Below, piece by piece: positions 58,469-64,000 of a stretch of 64,000 nt of DNA (its first letter is position 1; each line of letters starts with the position of its first letter). This DNA is from Fistulifera solaris (Eukaryota): contig AP026129.1 of NCBI GenBank assembly GCA_030295235.1, forward strand, positions 992,001 through 1,056,000, given 5' to 3'. The position numbers were made by a program, and so were the translations under genes. Under the pieces are notes generated by a model that saw only the letters and a program-made list of their open reading frames with translations, did not search any database and was not told the origin of the DNA.

Positions 58469-59228
58469 GAAGGCAAAATAATCTCAACATTATAGCTTTT
58501 GAACATCATAGTGGCTAGCTGTTAAAGCGACTAGCATGTTGCAGTTCTTGGATATAGCAATCAATGAGAGGCACTAGCCTCAAGAATGAAAAAACCTGAT
58601 GAGATCGTGCGCCATCTGCACATAGTCAACATCGCACTGAAGTTGTCAACATCGAAGACAATCTGCTACTATTTTTTAAACGGTATTCTCTATGTGCACG
58701 TATGTGTAGGTCGACTAAAGATCTATTTTTATAGACAGACATAATCCGTGTTCGTTATGAAAGACACCGTACGCCGTACACACGCCAAATCCAAAAACGA
58801 AATCCGTAGTCTGGAGTCGGCGACGCCCCTTCGGTCTTCGGTTCTGAACGCGACAAAACATATCCAGTGTCAACGACGCAATATTGTAAACACATTGACA
58901 TTAAAGCATATTCATTCGAAGTCTTTATTGTAATAATAACAGCCCCGATTCATTTAAGTAATCCATCCGCAAGATACACTGTCATTCGAACCGATCAATC
59001 GCAGTCGAAGGACACGCCGCGTAGAATTCGTACCGTCTCGTACTCAAGATACACAAAGCTCCGCCAGTCTTACATTTACATCCAACGATTTGCAAGTTCT
59101 GTGCCATCTTTTCCTATTCTTTTGAAAGAAAGCAACAGTCTTCTCTTCCTATCATTTTAAAGAAAAGAAATTGAATTTTTCTACGTTACATGTCCGCCAC
59201 AATATCGGCTTCATTCACCGTAGAAACC

Positions 59229-60434
59229 ATGGCTGAACCATCCGGCGCCTCTGCAGCCGACGACAGCAAGAGCTCCTTGACAGAACAGAACATTTCATAT
59301 TCAGCTCAGCGTATTATCGGGAACGGCTCATTCGGCGTTGTATTCGAGGCAAAGGTGGTGGAGACAGGCAAAATTGTTGCCATCAAAAAGGTTTTGCAGG
59401 ACAAGCGATTCAAGAACAGAGAGCTTCAGATCATGCGCCAGCTTGTGAAAGATCCGCATCCGAATATCGTCGCACTGGAACATTGCTTCTATTCACAGGT
59501 ATGTTCCCTTTGGAGACTTTTCCGTCGCTGCTTTTTCCCTTTATCTTATCTTATCTTTTCTTCATCTTTATGCGCTAGGGAGAAAAAAGCAGACGAGCTT
59601 TACTTGAATTTGGTGCTTGAATTTGTTCCAGAAACTGTTTACAGTATCAACCGACGACACCAAAAGCATTCTACGCAGCTGCCACTTTTGTATGTGAAGT
59701 TGTATTTGTACCAGCTCGGCCGAGCCTTAGCTCACATTCATAGCCTGGGGATATGCCACCGCGATATTAAACCTCAGAATTTGTTAGTTCATCCTCTCAC
59801 GCAACAATTAAAGCTGTGCGATTTCGGTAGCGCCAAGATCTTGGTCAAAGGCGAGCCCAATGTCAGTTATATCTGTTCGCGCTATTACAGAGCGCCGGAG
59901 CTGATATTTGGATCAACGGATTATACGACTGCGATCGATATTTGGTCCGAGGGGTGCGTAGGAGCCGAGTTACTTTTGGGACAACCTCTCTTTCCGGGAG
60001 ACTCAGGCGTCGATCAATTAGTCGAAATCATTAAAGTTCTAGGAACTCCGACGAAGGAGGAGATTCGTAGCATGAATTCAAGCTACATGGAATTCAAGTT
60101 TCCGCAGATCAAATCATGTAATTGGAAGAAAATCTTTCGGAATAAAACACCTGAAGATGCAATGGATTTCATCTCAAAGACGTTGGCCTACACGCCCACC
60201 AGTCGAATAAAGCCACTTGAAGGTTGTACTCATCCTTTCTTTGACGAATTACGTCAGGAATCGACACAGCTTCCCGGTGGAGCACCTCTTCCTCCCTTAT
60301 TTGATTTTACTGGCTTCGAGCTCTCTCAACCAGCAGGTTTGCTTGAAAAATTGACACCGCCCCATGTAAAAGTCAAACAAGAAACCGACAAAAACGGTGA
60401 CAATGAGGATAGCAAGAAGTCGAGTTCGTCATAG
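59229..60434 (+). CDS. GSK3: Glycogen synthase kinase 3 / shaggy-like kinase
   Basis: [41 protein letters not shown] and [13 protein letters not shown]. Intron ~59499-59578. Confidence 0.96.
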   Translation: MAEPSGASAADDSKSSLTEQNISYSAQRIIGNGSFGVVFEAKVVETGKIVAIKKVLQDKRFKNRELQIMRQLVKDPHPNIVALEHCFYSQVCSLWRLFRRCFFPLSYLIFSSSLCAREKKADELYLNLVLEFVPETVYSINRRHQKHSTQLPLLYVKLYLYQLGRALAHIHSLGICHRDIKPQNLLVHPLTQQLKLCDFGSAKILVKGEPNVSYICSRYYRAPELIFGSTDYTTAIDIWSEGCVGAELLLGQPLFPGDSGVDQLVEIIKVLGTPTKEEIRSMNSSYMEFKFPQIKSCNWKKIFRNKTPEDAMDFISKTLAYTPTSRIKPLEGCTHPFFDELRQESTQLPGGAPLPPLFDFTGFELSQPAGLLEKLTPPHVKVKQETDKNGDNEDSKKSSSS

Positions 60435-60765
60435 CCAAGTACCCCTCGTACATTCGTGACACGATACAGAAACAGGGTATTCAATCGAGCGTTCACCGTG
60501 ACATCGACAAGCTCGACGGCGAAATGCCAAAACTGAGCAACTCGTCTGCCAGCTGCTTATTTTCTCAACCCATGATTATCATAACACCATTGATTGTGTT
60601 CGTGACACGTGACTTTAAGACCACACAACATTCCACTGCATGGACCCTTTAAGCTTCTTCAACCTAGATGTAGTTTTAAAAACAGAAAATACTGTCATAC
60701 TACCAGTTTAAACATACGTTCTATTTTTTGACAAAACTAAGTCGATCAAGAGCAGACGCACTAAT

Positions 60766-62131
60766 CTAACGTTGCCATTCCATCTTCAAAATAGGAAAAG
60801 GAGATCGTCTATCACGGTCTATGTGTTCAGGGTGAAATGTCGACAACTTGACATTGGCGTCCGGTAGATGCGTTACAATCTTCTCAAACTCCCTGGCGAA
60901 CTTTTCAAAAGACGTTGCCGCAGACGACAAGAAGCGTGGCATCACGAGATAATGCACCGCAGAAGCAGCGCTTGGCTCCGCCAACATGGCAAGATTGACG
61001 GCCACAAACTCGTAGGCTGCATCGACGTCACCGGTGTCCGATTCGGTAAAGGCAGAAGTTTCACTGACGGTAGGGTCATTTCGCGAGATCCATTCCTGCG
61101 ACAAAATGAACGGATTCTTCACGGAAATGAATTGCTGCTCAATGCTTTCACCGATGGCTTGATAAAAAGCGTCTTCTTCTTGCTCAGGGGACATTTCCTT
61201 GGATGGATGAGACGTATGAGCTGATCTACCAAAGATCGCCTCTAGCCTTTGAATATCTTTCGCAGTAACACTATTCTCTTTCTGCTGCGAGTACGTCGCC
61301 GAAGAAGGAGGCGATCGAGTGAAATCGGGAGGAGGCGTGGAACGCACCTCAATGACAATAGTCGGATAGGGCGAACGACGAGCCATCTGGCGTTTCTCCA
61401 TGTACTCCTTGTAGTTTAGATCAACTTCTTGGCCTTCTTCTTCTTGTTTCATTTGCTGGAGTTGCTGCTTCGATGACAACTGACCATACTTGGGATGTAG
61501 ATGAGCGCAGTTGACCGAAACACTCCAGTCACGCGGCTCGTCCTCTTCGTCGTCATCGTCTTGCATCAGACGCACTTCGTTCTTCTCCAACGCGTCATCC
61601 GTGATGTAATCACGAGCATTGCGTCGTGCTTGATTGATGGCTTCAATAAAGGCATCGAAAAGAGGAAACGACTCGGAAAACGCCGTATTAGTTGGGATAA
61701 CAACGACTTCGGTCTTGCGCAGAGTGTGGGGACGGTAGGCTTTTCTATCACTCAATCGCCGTTCCTCTTCTCCTTCTCCGTGCGATTCGCCAAGCAAGCG
61801 GGCTTCTTTAAGACGACGAAAGATTCCCGAAAGAATGAGGGGACCTTGCGCATTGGTTTCACAGACATAGCTCACTTCTTTGCGGGTGTACGGATTTCCT
61901 TGCGCGTCTGAAAGAGTCTGAGAAATCCATTCTTCCGTGCGAGTTAACACACTCCACGCATTCAGAGGCTGATCCGGGGAAGCATCGTACATGACGAGGC
62001 CAGAAGCTCTACTATTTGGAAAGGCATTGAAATTAGGCGTTCCCATAAAAGAAGACCGCATAGATGGCGACCACGACAAGGCATAGGGCGTCGATAGGAC
62101 GACAGCGAGGGGGGGATACGAGATACTTCAT
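60766..62131 (-). CDS. Predicted plastid protein with two DUF1415-like (HP...RRSP[YF]P) modules
   Basis: Removing one base in the G7 run at ~62110 gives MKYLVSPLAVVLSTPYALS-WSP. Motifs CAHLHP...RRSPYP and STFHP...RRSPFP. Confidence 0.6.
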
Positions 62132-62615
62132 CTTTTAGTTATTACGTGAATTAGAGGGTAAAGGATGAAATGTTTAGAGGGCTCTTTCTGTTACTCTTTA
62201 CAATGCGGTCTTTTGTTCTTCGCACTGGGCATTGGTCGACGGCTCGGTGTCAAAGAACTTTCGATCGGATCCTTTCTCTTTTCTTTCCTTCGTTTTTTTT
62301 CGTGGAGAAGGAGAGTTGAGTACCGGTACTTGTACCTTTGCGTAGAAAACTCTCGTACAAAGTCATCCGCGACCTGTGTGAGTCATGAACGAGAAATTCT
62401 TTGCGAATTCTCACCTCATCCACGCTGAGACATGGTACAGTACTGTAAACAGATGAGAGACGTGATTGATTTCATTCACGATGGGCCGTTTGTCCGTCCT
62501 CCGTAGGGGGCACATCTGCCATCCGCTTGCATGAAAGAAAAACACTACGCACATCACTTCCTTTCCTGGATCACTTATTCGTTTGAATGGTAATATCCTT
62601 GTCGCAAATAGCAGC

Positions 62616-63841
62616 ATGAATGGCACAGAAAATGGGAGCAAGAAGAAGCAAAAGCAGCTTTTGATAGAGGTAGCCGATGCCTCTGACGGACCCCTGGTGA
62701 GCTCATTTCCAGGAGGTTTGCCTTCCACGGAATCCAAATTTGTGTGGAAGAAATACAATCAGCAACATATATTGGTAGGGAAAGATGACTCCTGTCGTTA
62801 CTATGGTCAAGAAGCACCTAGTCGTTCCCGCTTAGTCATCGCTCTCTACGACAAACGAAATCACACGTTGACATGTCACATGGCCGCAAATGATGGAAAG
62901 GTCTATGCCTTGCAACAGCAAGTTATTAACTATGAAACCAATATTACAGCCGATCCAACATCGAATGTGTTTCAAGAGTTCGGAAGTTCCAAGAAGAAAC
63001 GCGCTTTACAATCACAGCAAGCCAATCGTATCCACTCGGATCAAATTTTGGGTAAAGCCGGAACGCTGACGAAAATGGTTGTCGATAACGAGAATCTTAC
63101 GGATAGTAACCGAAAAGCCATTCAGGAGCAGAAAGAGAGGAATCAAAATAATGAGATCAATGAGCCTACTCCTACTGCTGTTAGTCTGGCCGTGCAGGAA
63201 GCAACGAACGCTTGGAGAAATGCTTTTCTTCCCAATCATTCCAATCCCAACGCCGATACGCCGACCAAGGTTTACACTCCCGAGAATATGGCTGGCCCGG
63301 AAGCCTGGTCTCAAGTCATCCGAGTGGTAGATGCTTGCTTTCATGAGGAGGATCCGGCGACTGCGTTACAGAAGTCGAAATCGAGTGACACTTGGCAATT
63401 TTCATCACTACGAGAGCTGTTGCTCAACAGCAAGCCGCAAAGGGAATCTATCGCGCCTTGTGTTTGCTACATACATGGACACGTTTGTACGAAGAAAATC
63501 ACCGGAAACGTTTCGTGGCTCACACATCATCGAATGCCATGGTGCAGTCGTTCTGGCAGAATTTTGGAACTTCGATGATGTCAACTGCGGAACAAAAGGA
63601 AGGCTATTGCATGTCGAAAGCAAACCAGGATCGCTGCAAGCTTCACCTGCTGCTTTTGTTTCTGTGGGCTGAAGGTTGCTCGACATCCAAACTACCAGGG
63701 TACTGTGCTGAAATGAAATGGCCTTGGGTACAAATGGTGAACTTATTGCAAGAAGCTGGTTGCACTGTACAGAAGGATAAAGTTTCCTTGAACACGCCAG
63801 TTCAGTATCCCCAGTCAATCGGTAAACGTAAAAGAAAATAA
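62616..63841 (+). CDS. RNA polymerase I subunit RPA49/PAF53-like
   Basis: LVSSFPGG, ALYDK, FGSSKKKRAL...NRI, LP...ADTP.KVY and K-rich C-terminus. Frameshift at ~63440. Confidence 0.65.
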
Positions 63842-63886
63842 AAAGCACGGAATAACAAACAAAAAGGTTTTTAAGGTAACAAAGTT

Positions 63887-64000
63887 TTATACGCGCTCGG
63901 TAGGCGAGCGACCTCCTCCAACAATATAGCCGTATTCGTCTTTCTTGGGACTGTGATTTCCATCGTTCCCCGCAGAGCTCGGAATCGCAGTTTCCGTCAA
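63887..64000 (-). CDS. Possible 3' end of a gene continuing beyond the window
   Basis: Open frame LTETAIPSSAG...GGGRSPTERV* converging on the RPA49-like gene. Too short to identify. Confidence 0.35.
   Translation of the reverse strand: MTETAIPSSAGNDGNHSPKKDEYGYIVGGGRSPTERV

Noticed and set aside
59499..59578. Apparent hydrophobic insertion in the GSK3 kinase domain
   Set aside because: It is a GT...AG intron that reads through in frame because of an extra A in the following run.
19691..60434. Cell-division cluster (CRC protein, CENP-I-like, XMAP215, GSK3)
   Set aside because: The genes are dispersed over 40 kb and the co-occurrence is compatible with chance.
4460..63445. Programmed ribosomal frameshifting or mass pseudogenisation
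   Set aside because: The shifts go in both directions, involve all four bases and share no slippery-site or stop context. Essential genes are hit without other decay, which fits sequencing error.

Overview
Compact, gene-dense eukaryotic nuclear DNA with short GT-AG introns, most likely from a diatom. Several genes carry bipartite ASAFAP-type plastid presequences. A pennate such as Fistulifera is a guess, not shown by the sequence. About 27 protein genes are present: Tom40 (partial), a Tat-targeted tandem-repeat protein, an NSUN methyltransferase, an extended-SDR reductase, a WS/DGAT, an alpha2delta-like vWA gene with a pseudogenised tandem copy, a Cys-rich membrane protein, an SF1 helicase, a CRC/tesmin protein, citrate synthase, an ARM protein, zeaxanthin epoxidase, a RING/Myb-like/GAF protein, TAPT1, annexin, a probable CENP-I, TM9SF, an HMG-box protein, a SPRY protein, HMG-CoA lyase, a 2OG-oxygenase/Sel1 protein, a degenerate REX4-like exonuclease, an XMAP215-like TOG protein, GSK3, a DUF1415-like plastid protein and an RPA49-like protein. 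About 17 single-base frameshifts fall in homopolymer runs, some in essential genes, and are read as sequencing errors. The most unusual items are: (1) a predicted thylakoid-lumen protein made of five 36-aa repeats, either a polyprotein or a multivalent scaffold; (2) intergenic tandem repeats with a ~215-225 bp period at four loci, three carrying a palindromic TCATGACTGAAATCCAGTC core; (3) an XMAP215 with a repeat-rich N-terminal extension; (4) dispersed intergenic GGTACC tracts and TGASTCATGA sites in divergent promoters. No tRNA, rRNA, CRISPR array or transposase was found. All calls come from reading the sequence by eye, without database searches.
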